A stretch of DNA of 64,000 nucleotides from assembly GCA_002269645.1 (NCBI GenBank), contig NIVC01002787.1, forward strand, positions 34,772 to 98,771. The letters are read 5' to 3'. Source of the stretch: Macrostomum lignano (taxonomy: Eukaryota). A program made the translations under genes and the position numbers. The notes under the pieces were generated by a model, which was given only the letters and a program-made list of their open reading frames with translations, had not been told where the DNA came from and ran no database searches. Positions 12,423 to 23,553 of this stretch are shown in pieces (the stretch's first letter is position 1; every line of letters begins with the position of its first letter).

Positions 12423-13544
12423 ATGAGAACAAAGAATAACTTAATATCGCTAGCTGGCGCAGCAGCTGTCTTACTGACTGTAGCATACCTCGTTCGGCGC
12501 AGAAATTTCGCTGATTCTGACACACTGCCAGTTCTGAGCGATGTGCAGTTGATCAAAAACTGTCCCGCCTACAACGAGCTCCGCAGCGTCGACTTCACGA
12601 ACCCCAGCCTGCGGCACCGGCTGTGTCAGGAGACGCCGGCCTATCATTTAGTCAGGGGCAAGTTTCTCCTGTGCGAGCTGAACAGGAACTTACCGCAGCA
12701 GATGTACACCATTGTCAGACAAGGGTCTCCTGTGGCCAATGTGACCCGAGCGATGGGCGGCGGCCGAATGCCGATATTTACCTTCGGCGCGGAGGACTTC
12801 ATTTCTGGGGAGATGCTAAAAAAGAACGCCTGGGAAACTGGCGAAATTCGGACGATGCTCAACCTGTTAAAGCAGTTTCCGACAGACTCGGTAACGTTCC
12901 TTGACGTCGGCAGCAACGTCGGCATCTACAGCCTGCAGGCCAGAGAGCTCGGGTATCCCGTAGTGGCCATCGATGCAAACATTCGTGCATTGGCCAGGTT
13001 GCAAATGTCAGCGAAGAGGCTGGATTTGCTTGATGACAAACTGAAGCTCTTCTGGGGCTTCATCAGCGACGACGTGGCGGTCAAGCGAATCACTTGGAAC
13101 GCTGACGATTTTGGTTGCCACGCCGGAAGCGGCTCGGGTGCAGCGGCTGGCTGGAGACAGAAGGTTACGACAGCAATTGAGGACACTATTCCCGTGATGA
13201 CGGTCAGGGCGGACGAGCTTCGAGAACACATCAGCACCAAGAATGTGATCATCAAGATGGATATCGAGTCCGGTGAGCACCTGTTCATGAAGACTGGCGA
13301 AAAGCTGTTTAGAGAGCTCAACATCATGGCGCTGCAGATGGAGTTCTGGCGGAAGCTCACGGAGCCGCCGCAAGCGTCGAAATATTACAACTTTGTGACT
13401 CACTTCATGACTTCCAGGAACTTCTCTCTGCTGTCCATGAGGACCTTCCAAGTGCAGAAAATCACCACATTTGGTGAATGGGACGGAATATGGATTAGAA
13501 ACGACTTTTTGCCACGAGTTAAGAAAGAGATTCAGATGATTTAG
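12423..13544 (+). CDS. FkbM-family (Methyltransf_21) SAM-dependent methyltransferase with an N-terminal signal anchor, 373 aa, intronless
   Basis: Likely start MRTKNN (ATG 12423), then hydrophobic LISLAGAAAVLLTVAYLV; FkbM motifs FLDVGSNVGIYSL, VVAIDAN, IIKMDIESGE, MEF; uninterrupted ORF. Confidence 0.88.
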   Translation: MRTKNNLISLAGAAAVLLTVAYLVRRRNFADSDTLPVLSDVQLIKNCPAYNELRSVDFTNPSLRHRLCQETPAYHLVRGKFLLCELNRNLPQQMYTIVRQGSPVANVTRAMGGGRMPIFTFGAEDFISGEMLKKNAWETGEIRTMLNLLKQFPTDSVTFLDVGSNVGIYSLQARELGYPVVAIDANIRALARLQMSAKRLDLLDDKLKLFWGFISDDVAVKRITWNADDFGCHAGSGSGAAAGWRQKVTTAIEDTIPVMTVRADELREHISTKNVIIKMDIESGEHLFMKTGEKLFRELNIMALQMEFWRKLTEPPQASKYYNFVTHFMTSRNFSLLSMRTFQVQKITTFGEWDGIWIRNDFLPRVKKEIQMI

Positions 13545-13650
13545 AGATTTAGAGATTTAGAGATTTAGAGATTTAGAGATTAGAAGATTAGAAGATAGAA
13601 GAAAGAAGATTAGAAGATTAGAGGATTTAGAGATTTAGATGATTTAGATA
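13537..13650. repeat. 8-bp repeat (GATTTAGA)n abutting the methyltransferase stop codon
   Basis: Directly visible; the TAG stop lies in the first unit. Confidence 0.9.
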
Positions 13651-15169
13651 AGGATGCTCAATGGGCCACTTTTACAGAAAAGTTTTCACTGGGTTTTGCA
13701 TTGATATCTTGAAAGACTCTTGTGAGTCCCTTTTTATTGCTACTTTTTTAGTAAATTCGTGTGGGTTAATAACGTAACACGTGTCGTATATGTACGAGCC
13801 AGCTTCATATTTGTGCTGCCTGCATCCCTTTTTGGAAAGTTTCTGCATCAGCTTTCGCCCATCGTGGGATGTCAACTTCCATATTTCCGGACCCGGACAC
13901 CAATCCTCCACCCCATTTAAAGTTCCTGGATATTTTACTGCCTGCACCCGCTGCCAAGAGATTTGGAGAAAAAACTTTCCACCACCATTCAGTGAGGTCG
14001 ATGCACCTCTCGAACATAGTGAGTACTTTCTTCCTTTAATTTTTTGTCTTGCCATGTGTTTAAAAAGCAAATGAAGTACAAGCTGAGTACAAATCCATCA
14101 TGCCAAGCGATGTAACTCAATCCCAGTGTTTTGATAGCTCAGCTCAATGCAGTTGAAATTAAGTTTGTCTAAGTTGTGTGAATTTTTTACTCAATTAAAG
14201 CTGATAAGCTGAATAATTTTTAACGGCCGTGTAATAAAAAATTATACTACTTTTTCTATGCTGTGCATAACATAATCGCCCTCCAAAATGAGTTATTAGT
14301 TAACCTTAATCCCCGTAAGACATCCTATCCTGCACCAATCCTGCACGGATTTTGTTATTTTTTTGTTTTTTGTTGCAGCCAAATAAATTTTCTGTTGGCT
14401 TTCCAACCCTGAGCAACAGCGGTTTGTTTCACGGCCAGTAAATTGTGGCTCGTTTTGTTTAACTAAAGCTAATTATATTTTCAACAGATGCTCCAACCTT
14501 TGATACCCTTTTCACTGTTTATGATGCAGTTAAGAACTCGTGTTTTGCGGATCTAATACTCGATATAATTTTTATCTATCTATCTATATGTATCTATTTA
14601 TTTATCATTAAAATTAATTTAAAAAATCCTGCCAAAATGCACCCGTGTATACAGTTTTGCTGGAATATATCACAAATAAGTGCAGCAAAAAGGCTCAGAT
14701 ATCATGATACGGTGATCTTACATCATGATATTCTTAGCCAAAATGCTGCAACAATAAGCCTCTTCACATTACCAATTACCAATATGAAGAGCCTCAATGT
14801 ATCTAGTTGGGATTGTTTACGTGGCGTCGTTTTAAAAGTCTAAATGAAGCATATAATTTTCCTCCAGCATTAGCTTAGTAAGCTCCACTGTAGCACATGG
14901 CCTTGTGAATTATATGCTTATCTCGTATGCTTCCTTAAGTGAAATGCCAAAATGAGCATTATTGTATAAAATGGTGTTGCTTAACTGCATCACTTTTAGC
15001 TATAGGGCGCAGATTAATATAAATTTATCACCCGTGTCAGCAGTTTATACGCGAATTCAGCACAATTTTAGGTACGATCACAACATGCATATCCTGCATG
15101 CTGGTTGCTTTTACTGCATGCTGGTTGCTTTTACTGCATGCTGGATACTCGTACATATTGCCTGCACAA

Positions 15170-15995
15170 TGACAAACAAACTAGTGAAGTATAGTTGTTG
15201 TTGTTGGTGGTTTCTTATTTGTCTCAGGTGGCCTAGCCGTAGGTCTTGGAATCCCACCGCTGCCACCAATGAAGTGGTTGCTTGTACTTTGCTCGATAGC
15301 GTCTAGAGGTGTCCTAGCAGATCTTCTGGCTCCTGGTCGGTGACCTCCCGTTGGCGGCTTCTTAGAAAGTAGTTCTCGTAGCGTCGGTAGTGCTGCCACC
15401 AGCTTCACAGAGTCGCAGCCTTCGGTGAGGTGCTGAGCTCGTAGAAGCAAATAACTAAGACGAGAGAAAGAGACTCGCACTTCGTGCAGATTTAGCAGTT
15501 CCCGCGCAGAGGTGCGCACCGTCAGCAGTCCCTGCCGGCTCGTGCGGGGTGAGAGCGAAAGTGCTAGCGTCGGGCCATCTGAGCTGGCCTGCTAATTGAT
15601 AGCAGGAGCAACGGAAGCAGGCACGCGCAAAGTCGGGAGTCTTGGAGTTTAAACTTTAGCACAAACTTGGCACACAAACTTAGAGTGTTCGCTAGACGAG
15701 GAGAACCGGTTTGGAGCTCTGGAACGGAGGAAACGGGCTAAGGAAAGGCAGAAACGCTTGTCTGAGCCAAGCCATGAGAGGGGCCGCATTTATAGGGAGG
15801 ATCGATTGCACCATAGCACGAAAGGCCCCCGCTGAGAGTCATAAGTGAGGCTTTTCATATCACCGATTCCAGAATCAGAATCGGTTCGAATCTTCCAAGA
15901 AAAACAGCAGTATAACTATTTAATTTTGTTGAATGTTTGTCTGTCTTAACAGCCTCACTTTGCACAATTTTTCGGTTTCTTCTTGGCGATTGTCA
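15170..15995 (-). mobile_element. Probable solo LTR, 826 bp
   Basis: Termini TGACAA...TTGTCA; flanks CACAA (15165-15169) and TACAA (15996-16000) form a 5-bp TSD with one mismatch; minus-strand TATAAA at ~15789-15794; GC-rich island in AT-rich DNA. Confidence 0.65.
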
Positions 15996-16288
15996 TACAA
16001 TAATAAAAACTTTACAGCACGTATCTCCCTCTAGTTCCACCAGTAGCCATGGGCTAGAAAGTATTTACGAGTAAATATGTTAGACTCTAATGCATTTTGA
16101 AATTTCACATTTTTTCGCCAAAAAATGCTCCTGTTTTGCAACCACTGCACGGATTGAGTTGAGTGAGGTGTCGATCGATAGAAAACTTTTAGATCTATCG
16201 AATGGATATACTTTTAAGTGCAGAGATTTTATTACTAAGCCGTAAATTAAGTGGAAAGACGATTTTTTCAAAAGTGCTTCTGGGAGAT

Positions 16289-18126
16289 CGAGATTTAAGT
16301 GCCGAGGAGATTACTGACCTAGCGCTCCGCGAGCTGCAGAGCATGCTGACCTCCATGGGTGGGAGAAGCCTGCCAGAGTACGGCTTGCCTGCGGCCTCCG
16401 TGATGCCTCAAGATGGACCGATGCAGTTCGATACGATTGAGCAAGCGCAGATTACTGAGGCACGCTTACCAATGCTAACAGATGAGCAGAAAGCCGTGTA
16501 CGAGTCAGTGACTCAGGATCTTGTGAGCGGCAACGGCGGCTTGCACTTCCTGGACGCGCCCGCTGGTACTGGCAAGACTTTCCTGCTGGAGGTTTTGCTG
16601 GCCTTCGTGCGCAGCCGGGGTGAAGTCGCTCTCGCCGTTGCGGCTTCAGGAATCGCAGCGACTCTGTTGCCAGGTGGACAAACTGCGCATTCCACGTGAG
16701 TTGTTTATATTTAATTTGTAAATTATTAGTAACTTACGAATAGTTAAACAAGTAAATATGTGAATACTTCCTCTGCTGTATGATACCCAAATTTTTCCAT
16801 GTCAGGTTCAAGATACCAATTCGGGTATTACGCTCAAACAAGGACGTGTGCGCTGTTGGAGTGCAGTCCAAACAAGCTGCTGTATTTCGCACAGCGCGTC
16901 TAATTGTGTGGGACGAGATTTCTATGACAAACCGGAAGGATTTGGAGGTGGTCGACCGGTGCTTGCGAGATGTGCGGAAGCAGGACTCGCCATTTGGCGG
17001 ACTGGTGTTTGTGTGCGCTGGTGACTTCCGGCAGCTCCTACCCGTTGTGGTGCATGGGACTCGTGCTAACAGTGTCATGGCGTGTGTTAGCCGATCCTCA
17101 CTGTGGAAATACTTCCAACGGCATCGCCTGACGAGAAACATCCGGATGCTGAGCAGTTCCGATTCTGTAGCGTATCAGATGTAAACCGAGCTACTCAAGC
17201 AGGTAAGTCTGATTTCATCAGTTTATTAAATGATTGACTATGATACACTAGACGCGGATTTGTTTTTGAACTCAATTTTTTTAAGTTTGCGTCATTTAGG
17301 AATGTCTGTGCTTAAAAGTGTGTATAGGTTATGAAATATTCGACATTTTAACCCTCCACAGATCGGATCCGGAACAATGAAGCAGGATGCGGAGGAGAAA
17401 GTGTCTCTGCCAGCCGAGATCGTGATTTCTGCGGAAGGGCCTCTCACTGATCTAATCAATTTTGTGTACCCATCGTTTGAAGAACCAGTGGAGAGAGACA
17501 GCTACTTTGCAAGCCGAGCGATCCTGGCGCCTTACAATGACTCAGTGGATGCCATCAATGAGACGTGTCTGGGCATGTTCCCCGGCAGCCTGCGGGAGTA
17601 CCGCTCGATAGACAGTGTGGCCGATGAGGATGCCGCTACGCACTTCCCGCCTGAGTTGCTCAACCAGCTGGATGCTCCGAACTTTCCGATTCACTTGCTG
17701 AGGCTAAAGGAGGGTATGCCAGTAGTTCTTCTCAGGAACATCAACCCGCCACGATTGTGCAATGGTACGCGGCTCATCATACTCGCGATGGGCGAGAACG
17801 TGCTTAGATGCAAGATTGCCGCCGGCCAGTTCACGGGAGACGAGATTCTTCTGCCGCGAATCCCGCTGATTCCAAGCAATGCGGACCTCCCCGTCAGTTT
17901 CAAGCGGCTGCAGTTCCCTGTGAAGCCGAGCTTCTGCCTGACGATTCACAAGTCGCAGGGACAGTCTCTGGACACAGTTGGCGTGGACCTCGCTGTCGGT
18001 TGCTTCACTCATGGCCAGCTGTATACGGCTCTGTCGCCAGCGAGGAACGCTGCTAATGTCCGTGTCCGTACTTCTGGAACTAAGACGAGGAACGTGGTGT
18101 ACCCAGAGGTGCTGACTGGAGACTAA
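16289..18126 (+). pseudogene. 5'-truncated Helitron PIF1 helicase (3 exons: ~16289-16696, 16805-17202, 17362-18126)
   Basis: Close paralog of 32930-34753 with the same two introns. Motifs DAPAGTGKT, WDEISM, GDFRQLLPV, TIHKSQGQSL. Premature TAA at 17182 and R-to-P change in motif VI (TALSP versus TALSR). Confidence 0.9.
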
Positions 18127-18197
18127 GCAATTTCGGACGCTATTCGTGAGTTCAAGTCCAAGAGATGTGTTTGAGAAGTGTCTGGCGTCTGACTGTA

Positions 18198-20185
18198 GAG
18201 AATGAAATCAAAGTCGCGTAGAGTCTCAATGAACTGATAGCCCTGAGAGAGTACATTGAGTAAATCCTATTTACGAGGGATGTTTCATAAGTTCTTTCTT
18301 ATACTCATCTATAACAGTTTTACACGAACATGATATACAGTCATTTAACAGACAAAACTACAGCCACTGACCACTGATCATACAGTCACTAAACAGATAG
18401 TAGTACAGGTATAAACAGACAATAATACAGTCACTATGCAGACAGTCTCTAAACAGACAATAATACAGCCTCTAAACAGACAATACAGCCTCTAAACAGA
18501 CAATACAGCCTCTAAACAGACAATACAGCCTCTAAGCAGGCAATACAGCCTCTAAACAGGCAATACAGTCTCTAAACAGACAATACAGCCTCTAAGCAGG
18601 CAATACAGCCTCTAAACAGGCAATACAGTCTCTAAACAGACAATACAGTCTCTAAACAGGCAATACAGCCTCTAAGCAGGCAATACAGCCTCTAAACAGG
18701 CAATACAGTCTCTAAACAGACAATACAGCCTCTAAGCAGGCAATACAGCCTCTAAGCAGACAATACAGCCTCTAAACAGACAATACAGCCTCTAAACAGG
18801 CAATACAGCCTCTAAGCAGACAATACAGCCTCTAAACAGACAATACAGTCTCTAAACAGACAATACAGCCTCTAAACAGGCAATACAGCCTCTAAGCAGA
18901 CAATACAGCCTCTAAACAGACAATACAGTCTCTAAACAGACAATACAGCCTCTAAGCAGGCAATACAGCCTCTAAACAGGCAATACAGTCTCTACAGACA
19001 ATACGGTCTCTAAACAGACAATACAGTCCCTAAACAGACAATACAGTCACTAGACAGACAATACGGTATCTAAACAGACAATACAGTCTCTAAACAGACA
19101 ATACGGCCTCTAAGCAGACAATACAGTCTCTAAGCAGACAATACAGTCTCTAAACAGACAATACAGTCTCTAAACAGACAATACAGTCTCTAAACAGACA
19201 ATACGGCCTCTAAACAGACAATACAGTCTCTAAACAGGCAATACAGTCTCTAAACAGACAATACAGTCTCTAAACAGACAATACAGCCTCTAAACAGACA
19301 ATACAGACAATAATACAGCCACTAATACAGTCACTGAACAGACCATAAAATACAGTCAGTAAACAGATATAGTACAGGTATATATAAGCAGGTGAAACAT
19401 GTATGTATAATTGGAATTTATAAAGCAGCCCTCATTGAGAGTAGGTTGACTGCATCTTAACTGGGCTAAAAGAGTTTGTGAATGGTGTATAGGAGCTGCT
19501 CTATATACCCTGTGGTTCCAGACTCTAAAAGGAGCATTTGCAGTCAAGCTCTGTAGCAGCCTTAAGCAGAGCGGAGCGACTTAATGTTTGGAATGTCTCT
19601 ACCTTTGCTTACACCCAATGCATGCAATTGAGCAGTGACGCGAGTCGGCAGGTAGTCAGGATGGCATATACATGTACATTTTTGTACTGCTAAAGCTATA
19701 CTGGCTGCTTGTCGATGGCACCATCTGCTGAAGCGACAGTCTATCCTTTTGTAATAAATTATTACATTTTTCAATATCTGTACGAAATATTAAACTTGCT
19801 CAGCGTTAGTAGTCAGAAGCAGATCATATATCGTTTGAATAAATACAAGTGTTTGTTTAACTGTTGTTTCAATTTTTAAACTTCAATTTGTGGTTGTTAT
19901 TAGTTTAAAATTTAATTCGCCGTTTGCTTCTTTGTTAGTTATAGCAGTTAAAAATGGATAAAACAGTTTTTTGTACTGTGTATAATAATCGTAAAACTTA
20001 GAAATGTTTAATAGTTCGGCGAATTTATTCATGCAGATTCGTATTGTTCTACTTTCAAAGTAAGCCAGTATGAAATGGTAAGTGTGTATGTACGGTCATT
20101 CTTTGTCATGACATGCTATGGTGAGAATGAATTATACTTTGAATATTTCATGGCATTAGAATATTCTGTTCACAAAACTTTGTAC
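18198..20185 (+). repeat. Direct repeat X, copy 1 (unique head, 20-bp satellite, unique tail)
   Basis: Matches 25012-26855; ORF 19356-19547 gives the same peptide as 26030-26221. Confidence 0.88.
18350..19345. repeat. 20-bp minisatellite (TCTAAACAGACAATACAGYC)n
   Basis: Directly visible 20-bp period. Confidence 0.97.
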
Positions 20186-20364
20186 TGGTGCGCCATTGTT
20201 TCAAAAGTCCAAAAAAATAAATAAGTCTATCGCGGATTTTAATCAAAAGTCAAAAAAGTAATATAGTTTACTAAGATATAGTTTATTTGTATATATTAAA
20301 ATAAATATTCATTGGAAATTCATTGGCTGCGGCTGCTGTTGCTGTGGCTGCTGTTGCTGCTGCT

Positions 20365-22312
20365 GTTGTTGTTGTTGTTGTTAGTTGGCCCAAACGCGCC
20401 CAGGATCCATGCAGAACCTGGCCAGCGCGACCAAACCATCAGGGTAATCGGACAAGTTGCTGAGGGAGAGCGGAGCTCCAATGAAGCGACGGCGGGCGGC
20501 CTCGAGAGCAGGGCACACTGTCCAGTGCTCAAGGGTGTCTGGTTCGAGGAAGCACCTTTGGCACGTCGGATCCACCGTGGGGTCCATGAGGGCGCGGAAG
20601 GCTCCGAAGAGGCTGGAGTGGCCGGAGCGCAGCCGGGCAAGAAGGACAGCGTCTTTGCGGTTAGTAATAAGCCGACGTTCCTTTTCGGCGTCGGCGGAGG
20701 CATAGGTGAGACGAGATCTCGCGTGGGTGACCGGCTTGTCAACCAGAGTGCGGCGGATCACCGAGGCGGCAGTGGGAAAACTGATGCTGGGGCGCGGTGC
20801 TTCATCGGCGTTGGCGGCAGCGGAGTTAGCAGCGCGGTCCGCGAGTTCATTGCCCGGAATGCCGACATGACCCGGGACCCACAGGAGAGCGCGGCAGTTG
20901 TGCGGGAAGCGGAGGGAAGAGGCCAGGCGGCTGAAGGGACGCTGAAGGGCGCGCAGAAGAGACTGACTGTCAGAGCAGATGATGGCAGGGCGCGTGGGGT
21001 GCGAGCGGAGGTAGTCGAGGGCTAGGACCAGAGCGCGGAGTTCCTCTTCAAAGGAGCTGGTGTAGCGGCTGCCAGCGGACGTGCGGGCTTCCACGGTCGT
21101 CGGGACTGCCGGGTCTCCGATGGTGACCACAGCGGCCGCCCGCCAGCCTCGGAGCCGCCGGCCGCCGAACCATCGCAGTAAATGACGAGCTCAGCCGGGT
21201 GAGACCGGATGACGTCGAGAGCGGCAAGACAGCGCTCCAACGGGGGCGTGGAGGCCGGAGGCAAAGGATTGTCAGCTAGGATCGTCGGAAGATGTTGGTC
21301 CAGCCAGGGGCATGGGAAGGCCGGTGTGAGCGGCAGACGCGGCGTGAGATCAATGCCAAGGCCATTGGCAAGCTGAGCCGAGCGGAGTCTCCAGCTACTG
21401 CGGGCGAGCCGGTGTTGCACGGTGCCCGAGAGGGCGATGGCGCGAGGATGGTCGTTGGGCAGCCTGAGCGCGCGTTCCCTGGCGATGAGGCAAAGGCGGT
21501 CGCTGGTGTTCCTGTAGCTGCCGATGCCGGCCTCCAGGTGCACAGCGTCAAGCGGCGCCGAGCGGTGCAAGCCCGTGACGATTCTGAGGGCCTGGTTTTG
21601 CGCGCGCTCAAGGCGCTCGAAGGAGGTGCTGGAAAGCCAAGGTTGCCAAGCCGGGGCCGCGTAGTTAAGAAGGCTCTGCTGCATAGCCAGGTAGACGCCG
21701 CGAAGGCGCTCCTTGCGCCAACCCCAGTCCCGAGCCGCGAGGCAGGACAGCATGCGGCAGCGGGACAGGACTCTGCTGCAGATGTCGTTGACGTGCGCGT
21801 TAAAGCTGAGCGTACGGTCCAGGGTAATGCCTAGGAGTCTAGGAGTGCTGCAGTGCCGAACTTGGGAATGCCCGATGAAGAGCGAGGGGCTCCAGCTCGC
21901 TTCGCTGGGGTCGGTAGAAAAGAAGGCGATTTCACTCTTGTCAGCGTTGAGCACCATCTTGTTGGAGGAGCTCCAGGCGGTAACAGCGTTGAGGGCGGCC
22001 TGAAGGCGGGAGGCGGCCGTGAGCTTGTTGCGGTGCCTGCATCTGAGAGAGATGTCGTCAGCGTATAACGTGATGCCAACATCCTCAGGGATAACGGAGA
22101 CGACAGGGTCAATGAAAAGCGTAAATAGCAGCGGTCCCAAGACGGATCCCTGCGGAAGGCCTTGGCGCATCGGCTTGGACTTGCTGAGGGACCCGTTGAA
22201 GGAAACCCGAGCGCGGCGGTAGCTGAGGAAGGACGAAATCCAGCGAATGTAAGCAAGCGGGACACCTTTATCAGCGAGGATGGTGATAAGCTTCTCGCGC
22301 CACACTTTGTCG
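20365..22312 (-). mobile_element. 5'-truncated non-LTR retrotransposon (I-group, RT + RNase H + C-terminal CCHC) with a (CAA)n tail
   Basis: RT motifs QGSVLGPLLF and YADD; RNase H YCDGS, EELRAL, CSDSQS, WVPGHVGIPGNELAD; RLRSGH...CQRC...LEHWTVC. One frameshift near 21140; stop at 20381 followed by a CAA tail. Confidence 0.93.
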
Positions 22313-22313
22313 G

Positions 22314-22327
22314 TTGCTGCTGCTGCG

Positions 22328-22358
<31 letters not shown>

Positions 22359-22456
22359 ATGCTGCTGCTGTTGCTGCGGCTGCTGCTGTTGCTGCGGCTG
22401 CTGCGGCTGCTGCTGCGGCTGCTGCTGCTGCTGTTGCTGCTGCTGTTGCTGCTGCA
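22314..22456. repeat. CAG/CAA/CCG trinucleotide tract (polyQ on the minus strand)
   Basis: Directly visible; a similar tract lies on the other side of the LINE at 20325-20380. Confidence 0.95.
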
Positions 22457-23553
22457 GAAGGCGGGCGGCGGCCTTCATCGCGTTGCAGCTGGCAACGCGG
22501 TGGCGGCCTCCACAGAAGAAACAAACGACTGGCAATTAAAAGAAGGGAAATTTTTGCAAAATTTATCAGTAATAATACGAGTAGCATGAAAGTCGGTAAC
22601 AGGCCACAATTAGATAAAATTTAGGACTATACTCGAATGTACTCAAAGCTGAAGATTTACAGTGTCTTAGGAAGGTACTCACTACTCTTTCCGCGTGGGC
22701 CACTGCCGCGCTGCCAGCCGCCTCGCCTACCGCTGCCGCCTCGCCTTCTACCGCCGCCGAATATTTGTGTAATATGCATCTTATCTTTTTATTATTTATG
22801 ACTCTAAAAAAAAAAACGAATCAGACTATATAGGCACTGAAACTGAGGTGTAGGGGCGAATAAAATAGGGGTATGGGTTGTGCGTCGTCGCTTCGCTGAG
22901 CCTTAGGGTGGTTTTCTGTACAAGTCTGAGGCTTCCAATTGTCGGTTGTACAGGCGAGGGTGTGCAGGTCGGGGCTTTAGAGCGGCGATTGGTCTACAAA
23001 TTGTCTAGCGTACTGTTGGCCATGCAGCCTGACTTGAGGGTCGCCTGTTTTTTCTTCCCGGCTTAGAAGGTGCGAAAACGGCTCAACCAGTCAGCCGCGC
23101 CACACAAGTTTTGTTTGTACAGTGAAGTACATGCGACCGCGAACTCTTAAAGTATTGCCTACACTTGCTGAGTCAGTCGGTGAGAATTGTGTCACCATAA
23201 AACGTGATAGCAAAAAACAAAAGGATTAGGTGAGAAAAGTTAGGAGACCTTAACGTACAGCAGAGGGTGCAGTGTGTGCTTTAATGCTGGGCACGGGAGT
23301 GATTGGGGTGGAGTGTCTAGCCAATTAGATTGTGTAATAAAAATAAAAATGAATGCAAAATTGAGTACAATGTACTGGGCTGGAGGGGAGGTGGTGTTTT
23401 TTTCGTGGCTACTTTTATTTCAACATATATACTTTGTGATTTGTTGAGCCTATTTTGTTGTCTTAAAGTTAAAGCTTATCATTGCTTAGAAAAAGTTTGA
23501 TTGATACTTTTTATCAGTTCTTTTTTCAACTGTTGGATAATTTTTTGTGCAAA

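Larger units (their letters stand above)
20309..22779 (-). pseudogene. Small two-exon gene for an RGG-box / CX2CX3HX4C zinc-knuckle / polyQ protein, interrupted by a LINE
   Basis: Exon 22779-22683 (MHITQIFGGGRRRGGSGRRGGWQRGSGPRGKS) splices GT-AG in phase 1 to 22528 (IVCFFCGGRHRVASC...LLQQQ). PolyQ resumes past the LINE to ...QPQPMNFQ* (TGA 20309-20311), with AATAAA ~22 nt downstream. Confidence 0.6.

Noticed and set aside
13672-14070. 132-aa minus-strand ORF and overlapping frames
   Set aside because: No recognisable motif and no frame stands out; possibly a decayed coding remnant but not callable.
15181-15519. 112-aa ORF in the GC-rich island
   Set aside because: Lies inside the probable solo LTR; no domain features.
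19356-19547. 63-aa ORF duplicated exactly at 26030-26221
   Set aside because: Identity reflects the recent DNA duplication; no ATG-led gene structure or motif.
20312-22624. Plus-strand ORFs (237, 180, 114, 91 aa and others) with polyL or polyA
   Set aside because: Antisense shadows of the GC-rich LINE and the CAG tract.
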